Origin: Prochlorococcus sp. AG-355-B18
GTDB lineage: Bacteria; Cyanobacteriota; Cyanobacteriia; PCC-6307; Cyanobiaceae
DNA length: 64,000 bases
NCBI GenBank assembly: GCA_003280965.1
Contig: QCDI01000008.1
Span: 1-64,000 of the forward strand
Direction: 5' to 3'
Shown here: positions 41,401 to 52,286 of the stretch, piece after piece
How the letters are laid out: every line of letters begins with the position of its first letter
Position numbering within the stretch: the stretch's first letter is position 1
Program-made: the position numbers and the translations under genes
Notes under the pieces: model-generated
The model's database searches: none
The model's input: only the letters and a program-made list of their open reading frames with translations
Told to the model about the DNA's origin: nothing

Positions 41401-42668
41401 CAACTTCTTAGTGATCTAGAACGTTTCAATATAGATAAAACAAATCCAATAGATATAAAATTAGTCACCAATGACGTTCGACCATAGCTCATAAAAGGAA
41501 GGGGTATTCCAGTAACTGGGCCTAATCCAATAGTCATAAATAGGTTAATAATTATTTGGAATAAAAAAGTTGAAGCTATTCCAATAACAACCAGAGATTC
41601 AAAGTTAGTCCTAGCAATTGTTGAAGTATTAATAAGTTTTTTAATCAAAAAAAAGAACAAAAATAAAACTATTATGCAACCCAAGAAACCCAATTCTTCG
41701 CCTAAAGCACTGAATATAAAATCAGTGTGTTGTTCTGGTATAAATTGCAAATTAGTAAGCTTTCCTTTTAGCAAACCACTCCCAAATAATCCTCCAGAAC
41801 CAATTGCAATTTGACTCTGTATCAAATGATATCCACCACCTAACGGATCTCTATTAGGATCTAAAAATAAAACTAATCTATCTTTTTGATATTCTTTTAA
41901 ACCATATTGCCACAAAATTGGTGTCAATTTTGCCACTAATAAATGGAAAGAAATAGCGATAGCAGAAAAAATAATTTTCTTTTTTGAAGATCTATAAGCA
42001 AGATATCCTATAAATGGAATCCAGAAAATAAGAAGAGTTGGTAAGGTTAAATATAATGTAGAAGTGACAAGACAAAACACTAATATCAAAATCCACTCTA
42101 TGGGCATTTGCGACCAATAAAGCATCACACCTGTCAAAACAATTAACACTAAAGAGGTACCTAAGTCCGGCTGAAAGAAAATTAACAACCAAGGAACCAC
42201 TACTACTAATAAGGGCATTACTAAATCCCCTATTGTTAAAATTATTTTTTTTTCGAGTACTAAAGCAAGAGTTAATACAGTACTCAGTTTAGCTACTTCT
42301 GAAGGCTGAAAAGAAAAGATGCCCAAGTTTAACCATCTTTGAGCTCCAGAAACTGATATCCCAAAAAAATAAATTAGTAGTAAGGATATTAATGTACACA
42401 AATAAAATGGGACTAAATACTTTTTAAGTCTCTCTAAAGGTATATAAGAAATAAAAAATGCTAGAAAATAACCTAAAAAACCAGTTAAGATATGACTTAA
42501 ATAATTCGACACTAAAAAATCACCCTGAATACTTTTTATTAAAAAACCAGAAATAATAACTAAAAACAGTGGAATTATAAGTAAAGGAGAAAGTAAAAAA
42601 CCTCTATTAAAGTTTTCTTTTTTTGGTAAAAATCCTCTCTTATTTAATAAAAAAATTCTCCTAAACAT
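41400..42668 (-). CDS. rodA: Rod shape-determining protein RodA (SEDS family)
   Basis: GAQRW, QPSE, QPDLG, PEQHTDFIF, LPFMSYG. Confidence 0.93.
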   Translation of the reverse strand: MFRRIFLLNKRGFLPKKENFNRGFLLSPLLIIPLFLVIISGFLIKSIQGDFLVSNYLSHILTGFLGYFLAFFISYIPLERLKKYLVPFYLCTLISLLLIYFFGISVSGAQRWLNLGIFSFQPSEVAKLSTVLTLALVLEKKIILTIGDLVMPLLVVVVPWLLIFFQPDLGTSLVLIVLTGVMLYWSQMPIEWILILVFCLVTSTLYLTLPTLLIFWIPFIGYLAYRSSKKKIIFSAIAISFHLLVAKLTPILWQYGLKEYQKDRLVLFLDPNRDPLGGGYHLIQSQIAIGSGGLFGSGLLKGKLTNLQFIPEQHTDFIFSALGEELGFLGCIIVLFLFFFLIKKLINTSTIARTNFESLVVIGIASTFLFQIIINLFMTIGLGPVTGIPLPFMSYGRTSLVTNFISIGFVLSILKRSRSLRS

Positions 42669-42671
42669 CAA

Positions 42672-43742
42672 TTATCTATCAACAAATTGATTCTTAATTA
42701 ATTGAGCTAAATTACTAAATGCAATAGAACTTTGTTTATTTGGCTGGCTTATTGATATTGGTATACCTTTATTGCTTTCATCAACGAGAGGTATTTCAAT
42801 AGGAATTTTTGCTAATAATGGTAAATCATTTTCTTTAGCTAATGTTTGTCCACCCCCCTTACCAAAAATTTCATATTTTTTACTTGGCATATCCGGCGGA
42901 ATAAATACTGACATATTCTCTACAATTCCCAGTAAACGCACTCCGAGTTGTTTAAACATCGCTAATCCCCTCCTTGCATCTTGCAAAGATACTTGTTGAG
43001 GAGTAGTGACAACAATAGCTCCAGAAATAGGAACAGATTGAGAAAGGGATATTTGAGCATCTCCTGTTCCTGGAGGTAAGTCAATAACCAAAAAATCAAG
43101 ATTATTCCATTCAACTTGGTATAAAAATTGTCGGATAATACTATTAAGCATTGGTCCTCTCCATATAACTGGCTGACCTTCTTCTATGAGAAAACCCATT
43201 GATACCAATGAAATGCCATATTTATTTATTGGTATTAGCCTTTGATCAGTGCCACTACCTTCTGTAACCTTTGGATTCTGTTCGGCAACCCCCATCATTG
43301 AGGGAGTATTAGGTCCATAGATATCCGCATCCAGCAAACCAGTTTTTAAACCTAATTTAGCTAGAGAACAAGCGAGGTTCACTGCAATGGTACTTTTTCC
43401 AACTCCGCCTTTACCACTGCTAACAGCTATGATATGTTTAATCCCATCAATCTTCTGCAACTCAGGAACATTACTTTGAGTTATAGATTCTGTTTTGGAA
43501 GAATTATTATCTATTTCTATTTGAACATCATCAATATCTTCAAAATCCAGCAGTACTTTTCTAACCTCTTGTACAATTCTATCTCTCTGAGAATTTGCAA
43601 ATGATGGTAATGATAATGTTACGATTACTCTCGGTATTGTTACTCTTACGTTTTTAATCCAAGCTAATTCAATTACATTTTTCTTTGATCCAGCATCTAG
43701 AACTCTTTGTAAAGCAAAATTCGCATCTTCTATCGTGGTCAT
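42672..43742 (-). CDS. mrp: Mrp/ApbC Fe-S cluster carrier ATPase
   Basis: SGKGGVGKST, DADIYGP, WRGPM, DLPPGTGD, ENMS. Confidence 0.93.
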   Translation of the reverse strand: MTTIEDANFALQRVLDAGSKKNVIELAWIKNVRVTIPRVIVTLSLPSFANSQRDRIVQEVRKVLLDFEDIDDVQIEIDNNSSKTESITQSNVPELQKIDGIKHIIAVSSGKGGVGKSTIAVNLACSLAKLGLKTGLLDADIYGPNTPSMMGVAEQNPKVTEGSGTDQRLIPINKYGISLVSMGFLIEEGQPVIWRGPMLNSIIRQFLYQVEWNNLDFLVIDLPPGTGDAQISLSQSVPISGAIVVTTPQQVSLQDARRGLAMFKQLGVRLLGIVENMSVFIPPDMPSKKYEIFGKGGGQTLAKENDLPLLAKIPIEIPLVDESNKGIPISISQPNKQSSIAFSNLAQLIKNQFVDR

Positions 43743-43900
43743 TAAATTTTTAAATATTTTGACAAAGTAGTCGACTGTTTAAAAGATTAAGAACTATGTC
43801 GAACTATCAAATAATAGGCAATAAGGTCCCCCTAAGAGAAATTATAAAGGGAAACTTATAATTAACCAAAAAATTTTTTTCTTCAAGATTTACTAAATAC

Positions 43901-44929
43901 ATGTTCAGAGAACCTCCTAAAAACTCGAGAGAAAAAACTAAAAATCTCTTATTAACTCTACAAGACAAAATTTGTTCAGGGCTTGAAAATATAGATGGCA
44001 AAGGGAAATTTATAGAAGAATCCTGGCTAAGAGACGAAGGTGGTGGTGGAAGATCAAGAGTATTGAAAAATGGTTCTATTTTTGAGCAAGCAGGAGTAAA
44101 TTTCTCTGAAGTACAGGGAAAAGAATTACCTCAATCTATAATCTCTCAAAGGCCCGAAGCAAAAGGTCATGAATGGTTTGCTACGGGAACTTCTATGGTG
44201 TTGCATCCTAAGAATCCCTATATTCCTACAGTTCATCTGAATTATAGATATTTCGAAGCTGGTCCTGTTTGGTGGTTTGGAGGAGGTGCAGACTTAACCC
44301 CTTTTTATCCTTATCTTTCTGATGTGAGAAATTTTCATGACGAGCATAAAAAAGCTTGTGAGAAAGTTGATGAAGATTTGCATAAAGTTTTCAAACCATG
44401 GTGTGATGAATATTTCTTCTTGAAACATAGGAATGAATCAAGAGGCATAGGAGGTATTTTTTATGATTATCAAGATGGTTCAGGCAATATCTATAGAGGC
44501 AACAATCAAAATGGAGAAGCATCAAAAGCTTCGCAAAGTATCAGCCAATCAAATTTAAATTGGGATGATTTATTTTCTTTAGCGGAAAACTGTGGTCAGG
44601 CATTCCTCCCTTCATATTTGCCAATTATTGAAAAAAGAGCTTCTCAAACATATTCATCGAAGGAAAGAGAATTTCAGCTGTATCGGAGGGGTAGATATGT
44701 AGAATTCAATTTAGTTTGGGATAGAGGAACTATTTTTGGACTACAAACTAACGGGAGAACTGAATCTATATTAATGTCCTTACCACCTTTAGCCAGATGG
44801 GAATATGGATATAAAGCCAAAAAAGGTTCTCGAGAGGAATTTCTCACATCAATTTTTACAAAACCCCAAGATTGGTTTAATGATAAAGAGTTAGAGAAAT
44901 TCTGTGTAGAAAATAATATCTTTGATTAA
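43901..44929 (+). CDS. hemF: Oxygen-dependent coproporphyrinogen III oxidase
   Basis: [26 protein letters not shown]. Confidence 0.97.
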   Translation: MFREPPKNSREKTKNLLLTLQDKICSGLENIDGKGKFIEESWLRDEGGGGRSRVLKNGSIFEQAGVNFSEVQGKELPQSIISQRPEAKGHEWFATGTSMVLHPKNPYIPTVHLNYRYFEAGPVWWFGGGADLTPFYPYLSDVRNFHDEHKKACEKVDEDLHKVFKPWCDEYFFLKHRNESRGIGGIFYDYQDGSGNIYRGNNQNGEASKASQSISQSNLNWDDLFSLAENCGQAFLPSYLPIIEKRASQTYSSKEREFQLYRRGRYVEFNLVWDRGTIFGLQTNGRTESILMSLPPLARWEYGYKAKKGSREEFLTSIFTKPQDWFNDKELEKFCVENNIFD

Positions 44930-44956
44930 AATTATCAAATAACTTTTTTAAGTATC

Positions 44957-45514
44957 TTAAATAGGTGTTTTAAATAAAGAACCGTCACTTTTTAATTGAA
45001 GTTTTTCTCCAAGTTCATTTTCTAAAGAGATTAATTCATCCCTATGCGCTCTTAATCTCATAAAAGTTGAATCATTTTCATTTTCGTTAATCAACCTTAA
45101 CTCAAATTTCTCCTCTCTTGCTGATTTTTTAAAATAAACAATTCCAGAAAAAGGGCCACCAATTAATCCCAAAAGAATAGGCCACCAACCTAATTCAGGA
45201 TATATTTGAATAATTACTAATCCCAAAGCACAAGAACCAAAACCGCCAAGAAAACCTAAAAAAATTGCTAAAAATTTACTAGAAACAACTTGACCCTTGA
45301 ATATTAAAATTCTTTGTTCAAAATCGCCTCCTGTTTGCTTCCAACCCCTCAAATTAAGCCATTCACATAAACCATTTAAAACCTCAATTGGCTGCTGAGA
45401 GGATGAAATCTCAATGATGGTTGTTCTATCTTTACTGGAAGCCCTAAGAAAAAAAAATAATCCTATAGCCAAGAGAATTGTCAGCAATAATGTTGAATTT
45501 AAGGAATAGGACAT
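44957..45514 (-). CDS. Cofactor assembly of complex C subunit B (CCB1/DUF3529-like)
   Basis: GLFFFLRASSKDRT, AHRDEL, three TMs. Confidence 0.8.
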   Translation of the reverse strand: MSYSLNSTLLLTILLAIGLFFFLRASSKDRTTIIEISSSQQPIEVLNGLCEWLNLRGWKQTGGDFEQRILIFKGQVVSSKFLAIFLGFLGGFGSCALGLVIIQIYPELGWWPILLGLIGGPFSGIVYFKKSAREEKFELRLINENENDSTFMRLRAHRDELISLENELGEKLQLKSDGSLFKTPI

Positions 45515-45677
45515 TAAAAAAATTTTTCTATTAACTCGAGAATAAAAATTAAAGTTACATCATATTATAATTTTTTAGAATTATTCTGTAAAATATTGCC
45601 ATTAGATAAAAATTCTTAATTAAATAAAATCTTAAGTAATATTCTAATTCTTAAATCACATTAAATACTTATTAAAA

Positions 45678-46313
45678 ATGACTATTGAGAATAATAATAT
45701 TGATCTTTTTTATAGCGATTTATCAGCAGATTTATACAATCTTTATAAAAAATCATCCTACCTAGCTATCGACACTGAAGCAATGGGTTTAATTCATGGA
45801 AGAGATAGGCTCTGTTTAGTACAAATATGCAATGAATTTAAAAGAACATCCTGTATAAAAATCGAACTTAATACATCTTCTTCACCTCATTTAAAAGCAC
45901 TTCTTGAAGATGACAAAATTACTAAAATATTTCACTATGCGAGATTTGATGTAGCAGCTCTAAAATGCAATCTTGAAATTAATACAAAAAATATTTTTTG
46001 TACAAAAATTGCTAGTAAGTTAGCAAGAACTTATACAAATAAACACGGTTTAAAGGATTTAATTAATGAGTTGTTAGGTATAGAACTGGACAAAAGCTCG
46101 CAAAGTAGTGATTGGGGTAGCAACGAAGATTTAACAAAAGATCAATTAGATTATGCAGCAAATGATGTTAGATATTTGATTGAAGCTATGCATAAATTAA
46201 AAGTTATCTTAAAAAGAGAGAATAGATATGAATTAGCTCAAAAATGTTTCGAAACAGTTTCTGTACATGCTGATTTAGACATACTAAAATTCTCAAATAT
46301 ATTTGAACATTAA
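45678..46313 (+). CDS. rnd: Ribonuclease D-like 3'-5' exonuclease
   Basis: DEDDy motifs: AIDTE, FHYARFD, YAANDV. Confidence 0.9.
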   Translation: MTIENNNIDLFYSDLSADLYNLYKKSSYLAIDTEAMGLIHGRDRLCLVQICNEFKRTSCIKIELNTSSSPHLKALLEDDKITKIFHYARFDVAALKCNLEINTKNIFCTKIASKLARTYTNKHGLKDLINELLGIELDKSSQSSDWGSNEDLTKDQLDYAANDVRYLIEAMHKLKVILKRENRYELAQKCFETVSVHADLDILKFSNIFEH

Positions 46314-46316
46314 GAA

Positions 46317-46583
46317 TCAATCTTCAGTTATAAAATTATCTTCACCATCAAGTGTTTCCATAAGCTTATCAAGGATTCTTGAAGAACTTGATTGATCTCT
46401 ATCATTTTTTTCACAAATTTTTAAAACATTTTTAGCAACTTGTATTTTTTCTTGAATAGTTTTCGAGCCTTCTTTTGCAATTTGAATTTCTACTTTCTTT
46501 TTAGCAGAAGATAAGCTTATACTCATAAGTTTTGCAATCTCTGCACAAATTTTTAGATATTGCCGATCATTTATTGGATACAT
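46317..46583 (-). CDS. Hypothetical protein
   Basis: 88-aa ORF filling the intergenic gap; ATG start. Confidence 0.7.
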   Translation of the reverse strand: MYPINDRQYLKICAEIAKLMSISLSSAKKKVEIQIAKEGSKTIQEKIQVAKNVLKICEKNDRDQSSSSRILDKLMETLDGEDNFITED

Positions 46584-46618
46584 AAAAGAATTAATAATTA
46601 ATAAGCTAGTGCCATTTA

Positions 46619-47848
46619 CTAAGATAACAAATGAAGGTTTATGGCATTTACGATTTTCTTACTTGCTCCGGATTCCCCCATTCTTTTTTTGCCTATTTTT
46701 GCTTGTTCTAACCTATAAATTTTTTCTTTCAAAAGTAAACTTAAACGTTTTAAAAGAATTTTTTTGTTCTTGCAAACTAAAACACTACCGCCCAATAATC
46801 TTGATTGCCTTTTTGCAAATGATTTTGTGAATTGTGGTCCAGGTCCCGGTAGAGAGAGAGATGGAATTCCAAGGCCAGCGATTTGCTCTGTAGCAGTTCC
46901 TGCATTAGACAAGCCAACTTCTGCCATATTGGCCCATAAATTGAATTTACCTTTTCCAATCACTACATATTGATCTTTCTTTTTCCATACTGAATCTTCA
47001 TTAATTAGAAATTTAACTTTACTCTGTTTTATAAAACCATATTTATTTAAATAATTTTGAATTTGAATCACATTTGCATTAATACTCAAAGGCAAAAGAA
47101 TAACCAAATCCTTTGATAAATGAAAATCTTGCAAACAATTTAGAAAATTATCAAGATTTTTAAGAGCTTCTGGATATCTACTTCCAACTAATAAAATAAT
47201 TCTTTTAAAAGAAATAATATTTGATATTTTATCGTTTGTTGCACTAACAAAATCCATCATTGGATTACCCAAGTATTTTGCATCAATATTTTTTTTATTC
47301 AAATTACTAGCTGTAATTTTATCTCTCATAATTAAATTTTTACATCTTGGAGATTTCATTAAAAACATTTCCCATGGATCCCATTCAGAACCTTTCAACT
47401 TATGATAAAAATCGCTTAAAGCCCAACCTGGCCCACTACTCCAAGTATGATCACTTTTGGGAGTTCCAATGAAACTAAATTCGCATTCTGAACTCCAAGC
47501 GTAGAGTAATGGCAAGAAATCGCCTACTGCGATAATTTTGCAGTAATGTTTTGACTTCTGTTTTACAAGTAGAAAATTTCTTAAATTATCGATTAAAAAT
47601 CCTGCAAACAAATCAAGCACAAATCCCTTCAGACTTTGATTACTAAAACCTCCACTAGGCAGCTCTTTTAAAAATCCTATTTTACGAAAATTCTTTGAAT
47701 TTATGGAATTAAATACATCTCCATTTCCTACTAACGGCAAAACTTCAATATTTATATTTTTTATTTTTTTTAGTAATCTTTTTATTATCTCCGATGCGAT
47801 TACATCTTCTCCATGACCATTGCATATAAATAATAGAGAATGAGACAC
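46619..47848 (-). CDS. Lipid-A-disaccharide synthase-related glycosyltransferase-fold protein
   Basis: CNGHGED, LPLVG, LPSGGF, GNPMMD, AGTATEQ, GPGPQF; start moved to GTG 47848 to avoid tRNA-Cys. Confidence 0.82.
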   Translation of the reverse strand: MSHSLLFICNGHGEDVIASEIIKRLLKKIKNINIEVLPLVGNGDVFNSINSKNFRKIGFLKELPSGGFSNQSLKGFVLDLFAGFLIDNLRNFLLVKQKSKHYCKIIAVGDFLPLLYAWSSECEFSFIGTPKSDHTWSSGPGWALSDFYHKLKGSEWDPWEMFLMKSPRCKNLIMRDKITASNLNKKNIDAKYLGNPMMDFVSATNDKISNIISFKRIILLVGSRYPEALKNLDNFLNCLQDFHLSKDLVILLPLSINANVIQIQNYLNKYGFIKQSKVKFLINEDSVWKKKDQYVVIGKGKFNLWANMAEVGLSNAGTATEQIAGLGIPSLSLPGPGPQFTKSFAKRQSRLLGGSVLVCKNKKILLKRLSLLLKEKIYRLEQAKIGKKRMGESGASKKIVNAINLHLLS

Positions 47849-47890
47849 CTTACTGTTAAGATCATAAAAAGACTCAATCGAATCTTTTTC

Positions 47891-47961
47891 GGCGGCATGG
47901 CCAAGTGGTAAGGCAGAGGATTGCAAATCCTTTATCCCCAGTTCGAATCTGGGTGCCGCCT
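47891..47961 (+). tRNA. trnC: tRNA-Cys(GCA)
   Basis: GGCGGCATGGCCAAGTGGTAAGGCA-GAGGA-TTGCAAA-TCCTT...GTTCGAATCTGGGTGCCGCCT. Confidence 0.97.
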
Positions 47962-48173
47962 TATTTAATTTTTTTACACATTTAATTATGAAGTTTTCTA
48001 AGAACTTCAATTTGTAATAAAAGGTATAAAGTTTCAATTATTTATTGAGATATAGAAAAATGATCTTTTCTTTATTTATTGATAAATAATACCCGATAAT
48101 CTATTAATAAATAAAATTTAATTAATTTATTAATTATTTTCATCAGATTATTTATGTAAAAATTTAAATTATT

Positions 48174-48341
48174 TCAGTAATCATTATCTGCTACACACAT
48201 TCCTAAACATCTAACACCATTTGAAGCAGTCCTTTTGCAATGATTACATAAAATGGGATCTTTCTCTGAAATAAGGTTAATTTTTGAATTATTTTGTTCT
48301 TTAAAGCTTTTTAACTCTTGTGTTGAATCAAATAGAGTCAT
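48174..48341 (-). CDS. Small Cys-rich hypothetical protein (~55 aa)
   Basis: CNHC-x9-CLGMC near the C-terminus; ATG 48341 overlaps the end of the upstream gene by 14 nt. Confidence 0.65.
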   Translation of the reverse strand: MTLFDSTQELKSFKEQNNSKINLISEKDPILCNHCKRTASNGVRCLGMCVADNDY

Positions 48342-48972
48342 TCTTAGAATCATCACTTGAGTCGATACTAACAACAAGTGAAGCATTAGTGTTGGAAGAG
48401 GGTATATCCATAATTTTTACAGTTTCTTTAGGCTCATCAATAACTTGATTTTCTTCAGCACTCTCATCTACTGCACAAGCTTCAAGAGCCTCTCGAAGAA
48501 GTGAATCAAAAGTTGCTCCAGGTAATCTATGTCTGGCAACCTCAAGAAAAGTTCTAGGTAACGATTCAGATGCAGCATCCCGTAAAGCAGGATTATTCTT
48601 TCTATGTTCTTGTTCTTCTTCTATTGATTTAATAAACCTCAGTGTGACGTCTCTTTTAGTAGAAGCTTTTATCAACGTATCGTTTTCGGGATTACTAACA
48701 TTAGGTTCATTTTCAAGATCACTAAGTCTTTTTTCCAAACTATTCAAAACTTCATTAGCTTCTTTACTTATATGCGCTAATTGACCATCAGATAAATTAG
48801 GTAAATCAGCGACAAAAACTTTCCCATGATCCCTTAGTGTCAAGAAAGTTGGTCTTGGGCCTTGAGCCTGTCTACCATTTGATTCGGAATTATTACCTAT
48901 TGGTCTTTTTGGAGGTGTAGGGCCAGCTGAACTACGTCTACGTGTAATTCTTTGATTATTTGCAAAGGGCAT
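48328..48972 (-). CDS. Hypothetical protein (basic N-terminus, helical core, acidic tail)
   Basis: 214-aa ORF with protein-like composition. Confidence 0.8.
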   Translation of the reverse strand: MPFANNQRITRRRSSAGPTPPKRPIGNNSESNGRQAQGPRPTFLTLRDHGKVFVADLPNLSDGQLAHISKEANEVLNSLEKRLSDLENEPNVSNPENDTLIKASTKRDVTLRFIKSIEEEQEHRKNNPALRDAASESLPRTFLEVARHRLPGATFDSLLREALEACAVDESAEENQVIDEPKETVKIMDIPSSNTNASLVVSIDSSDDSKNDSI

Positions 48973-49103
48973 TGAATAAAGGTTAAATCTTAATACTTAA
49001 ACTTCCGATATAATTCGGCGGTAATTTTATTATATTACACCTAACTTTTTCATTTGGGTATAAAAATAATTTTTTAAAACTCGTTTAAAAAAGATAAAAA
49101 AAT

Positions 49104-50147
49104 TTAAGTTAAAATTTCTGGCAAAAATTTACTAATTGTTGAATTATTTTTTCGAACTATCTTTCCAATTTCCCAACTATCTATATCATAATATTTACAG
49201 ATACTTAATATCGCGTCCTTAAATTTTTTATCAATAATTAAACAAAATCCAACTCCAAGATTGAAAGTATTCCAAAAATCTTTTTCAGGAATAGATCCTT
49301 TGTCTTTAAGGAATTTAAATAAAATAGGTATTTCCCAAGAACTGGTATTGATATAAGGAATAAAATCAGAAGGAATACATCTTGGTAAATTTTCTGGAAT
49401 TCCTCCTCCAGTTATATGAGACATTGCTTTAATTTCTATATTTTCAGATAACATTTGGTTAATCACATTATTGTAAATTTTTGTAGGTTTCAATAACTCA
49501 TCATAAAAACTTAAGTGAGAAACTTTTTCAAATTCCTTTTCTATTTGATTATTGTTTTGGATAATTTTTCTTACTAAACTAAAGCCATTACTATGAACTC
49601 CATTACTTTTTAAAGCAATTATTAAGTCATTTTCAGAGACTTTTTTACCATTAATAAGCTTATCCTCATCAACTATTCCAACACAAAATCCTGCAAGATC
49701 ATACTTATTTTTTGAATAAAATCCTGGCATTTCAGCAGTTTCTCCGCCGAGTAATGAACAGTTATTTTCTCCGCAGCCATGTGAAATTCCCTGAACAACC
49801 CTCAATAATTGTTTCTTGTCAAGCTTACCAGTAGCAATATAGTCCAGAAAAAATAACGGTTTTGCACCACTAGTAATGATATCGTTCATACACATAGCAA
49901 CTAAATCAATACCAACCTCAAAGTGAAAGTTTTTACTTTGGGCTAATTCTAATTTTGTTCCAACACCATCAGTTCCTGAAACAAGAACTGGTTTTTTAAA
50001 ACTATCGATAGGAATTCTAAACAAGCCTCCGAACCCGCCAATACCCTCAATCACATTAGATGTATGAGTTCCTTCAACTGCCTGTTTAATTTCGGAAACA
50101 AATTCTCGTCCAGCTTCTATATCAACACCTGATGTTTTGTAATCCAT
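49104..50147 (-). CDS. purM: Phosphoribosylformylglycinamidine cyclo-ligase
   Basis: TDGVGTK, GGETAEMPG, HITGGG. Confidence 0.97.
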   Translation of the reverse strand: MDYKTSGVDIEAGREFVSEIKQAVEGTHTSNVIEGIGGFGGLFRIPIDSFKKPVLVSGTDGVGTKLELAQSKNFHFEVGIDLVAMCMNDIITSGAKPLFFLDYIATGKLDKKQLLRVVQGISHGCGENNCSLLGGETAEMPGFYSKNKYDLAGFCVGIVDEDKLINGKKVSENDLIIALKSNGVHSNGFSLVRKIIQNNNQIEKEFEKVSHLSFYDELLKPTKIYNNVINQMLSENIEIKAMSHITGGGIPENLPRCIPSDFIPYINTSSWEIPILFKFLKDKGSIPEKDFWNTFNLGVGFCLIIDKKFKDAILSICKYYDIDSWEIGKIVRKNNSTISKFLPEILT

Positions 50148-50244
50148 GAAATAAAAATGATAGACTCTCCCTATATAGATATTCCTCCTAAGATTGCTTT
50201 TGTCCAGTAATTATTTATCAAATAGATTTATTTTTTAAAACAAA

Positions 50245-51777
50245 GTGAAGAAATTAATAATAAGGAAAACTGAAGAAATAGAAAATTGGAGGAGAAATAT
50301 AAATTGTGAAATTAACTTTATTCCAACAATGGGTAATCTTCATAATGGACATATAAAATTAATATCAACAGCAAAAAATGACAATTCTAATATTAATTTA
50401 GTAAGTATTTTTATTAATCCACTTCAATTCGATAACAAGTTAGACTTAGAGAATTACCCTAAAACAATTGATAATGACATAAAAATCTCCTTTTCAAATG
50501 GCGCGGATGCCATCTTCATCCCAAGTAATGAAGATATATATCCACCAAATAATAAAAATATTAAATTACTAAAAGCTCCCATAGAATTATCTTCTGCATT
50601 ATGTGGATTAAATCGAATTGGACATTTTGATGGCGTTTGTACAGTAGTTTATAGATTACTTAATCTCATCAAGCCTAAAAATCTTTACTTAGGAGAAAAA
50701 GATTGGCAACAACTTTTAATTTTAAAAAATCTTGTCCTCAAAGAGAAATTAAATGTTGCTATTAAATCTATTCCTACACAAAGAGATTTTGATGGAATAC
50801 CTTTAAGTTCACGTAATGTACATTTATCAAAAAACGAAAGGCAATTGATTAGGTTTTTTTCAAGTGAGTTATTAGAAGCAAAAAAAATTTTTCAACAAGA
50901 AAAAAATATCAATTTAAACGAAATAATTAAAAAGTTATCAGCAAAAAAAATTTCAGTCGAATATTTAGAACACTTACACCCTCATACCCTCCAAAAAGCA
51001 AGACTTGAGGATAATATTTCGTTACTGGCTGGTGCGATAAGATGTGGAGAGACAAGATTAATTGATCACGTTTTCCTAATGAAAAGAAGGCCGATTATTG
51101 CAATTGATGGTCCTGCAGGGTCAGGTAAAAGTACCGTAACAAAGTTAATAGCGAAGAAACTTAAACTCCTATATTTAGATACTGGCGCAATGTATAGAGC
51201 ATTGAGTTGGCTTATACTTAAAGAAAATATTGATTATAAAAAAGAAAAAAAATTACAGAATATTTTTAAAGATATATCTATTGTTTTCAAGTCAAATACA
51301 AATTCACATCAGGATGTTTATATTAATAACTACTGTATTACTGAAGAAATTAGGTCGCAAAAGATAAGTTCCATAGTTTCTAAAATTTCCTCAATAAAAG
51401 AAGTAAGAAAATTCTTAGTAGAAGAACAAAGAAAAATTGGAGAATCAGGCGGACTTGTAGCTGAGGGAAGAGATATAGGAACTACTGTTTTTCCTCATGC
51501 AGAACTTAAAATATTTTTAACCGCTAGTATTGATGAAAGAGCAAAAAGAAGAAAATCTGATAAAAATAGTAAAGACTCACAAGAAATAGACCTTAATACA
51601 CTTAAAGAACTTATAAAGAAAAGAGATTTTGAAGATTCGAATAGGGAAATTTCACCTCTAATAAAAGCCAATGACGCAATAGAAATTATTACGGATGGAT
51701 ATTCAATTTATGAGGTAGTTGATAAAATTATTGATCTTTATAATGACAAGATTCCTAAAGAGACTGAGATCAAATAA
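50245..51777 (+). CDS. panC/cmk: Bifunctional pantoate--beta-alanine ligase / cytidylate kinase
   Basis: PTMGNLHNGH, SSRN, RLID, then IDGPAGSGKST, DTGAMYR, EGRDIG. Confidence 0.96.
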   Translation: MKKLIIRKTEEIENWRRNINCEINFIPTMGNLHNGHIKLISTAKNDNSNINLVSIFINPLQFDNKLDLENYPKTIDNDIKISFSNGADAIFIPSNEDIYPPNNKNIKLLKAPIELSSALCGLNRIGHFDGVCTVVYRLLNLIKPKNLYLGEKDWQQLLILKNLVLKEKLNVAIKSIPTQRDFDGIPLSSRNVHLSKNERQLIRFFSSELLEAKKIFQQEKNINLNEIIKKLSAKKISVEYLEHLHPHTLQKARLEDNISLLAGAIRCGETRLIDHVFLMKRRPIIAIDGPAGSGKSTVTKLIAKKLKLLYLDTGAMYRALSWLILKENIDYKKEKKLQNIFKDISIVFKSNTNSHQDVYINNYCITEEIRSQKISSIVSKISSIKEVRKFLVEEQRKIGESGGLVAEGRDIGTTVFPHAELKIFLTASIDERAKRRKSDKNSKDSQEIDLNTLKELIKKRDFEDSNREISPLIKANDAIEIITDGYSIYEVVDKIIDLYNDKIPKETEIK

Positions 51778-51779
51778 AT

Positions 51780-52253
51780 TCAATAAATACTTTCCAAAAA
51801 ACCGTTTACAGAGTCTTCTAAAATATCAAGGACATAATCGAAGCCCTCATCACCCCCAAAATATGGGTCAGGAACTTCTTGCTCATTAAAAACTGATCTA
51901 AAATCTTGTATTTTTTTAATTGATGCACAACCAGCTGAAGATGTTTTATTTTTAAGATCTTGTATATTTCTAAAATTTGAATCATCCATCGTAAGAATAT
52001 AGTTAAATTCGTCAAAATCTTTGCTAGTAATTTGACGAGCTCTGCTTAAGATATTTATATCTCTTCTTTCTGCCGCAATTCTCATCCTAGAGTCAGCTTT
52101 TTTTCCAATATGCCAGCTTCCAGTTCCAGCAGAATCTACAATAAAGTCATCGGTTAATCCCTTCTTTTCAAGAAGGCTCATAAAGATAGCTTCTGCTGCA
52201 GGAGACCTACAAATATTTCCCAGACATACAAAAAGAACAGAAATTTTTTTCAT
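51780..52253 (-). CDS. Low-molecular-weight protein-tyrosine phosphatase
   Basis: VCLGNICRSP, DSAGT, VPDPY. Confidence 0.95.
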   Translation of the reverse strand: MKKISVLFVCLGNICRSPAAEAIFMSLLEKKGLTDDFIVDSAGTGSWHIGKKADSRMRIAAERRDINILSRARQITSKDFDEFNYILTMDDSNFRNIQDLKNKTSSAGCASIKKIQDFRSVFNEQEVPDPYFGGDEGFDYVLDILEDSVNGFLESIY

Positions 52254-52286
52254 ATGATTTCAAATTCAAATTAAATTATAAGACTT

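Noticed and set aside
47849..48037. 63-aa N-terminal extension of the 472-aa ORF
   Set aside because: It runs antisense through tRNA-Cys; a GTG at 47848 directly precedes the conserved LLFICNGHGED start.
47962..48173. Very AT-rich spacer with imperfect inverted repeats after tRNA-Cys as an insertion scar
   Set aside because: No duplicated tRNA fragment or foreign gene; such repeats are expected by chance at this AT content.
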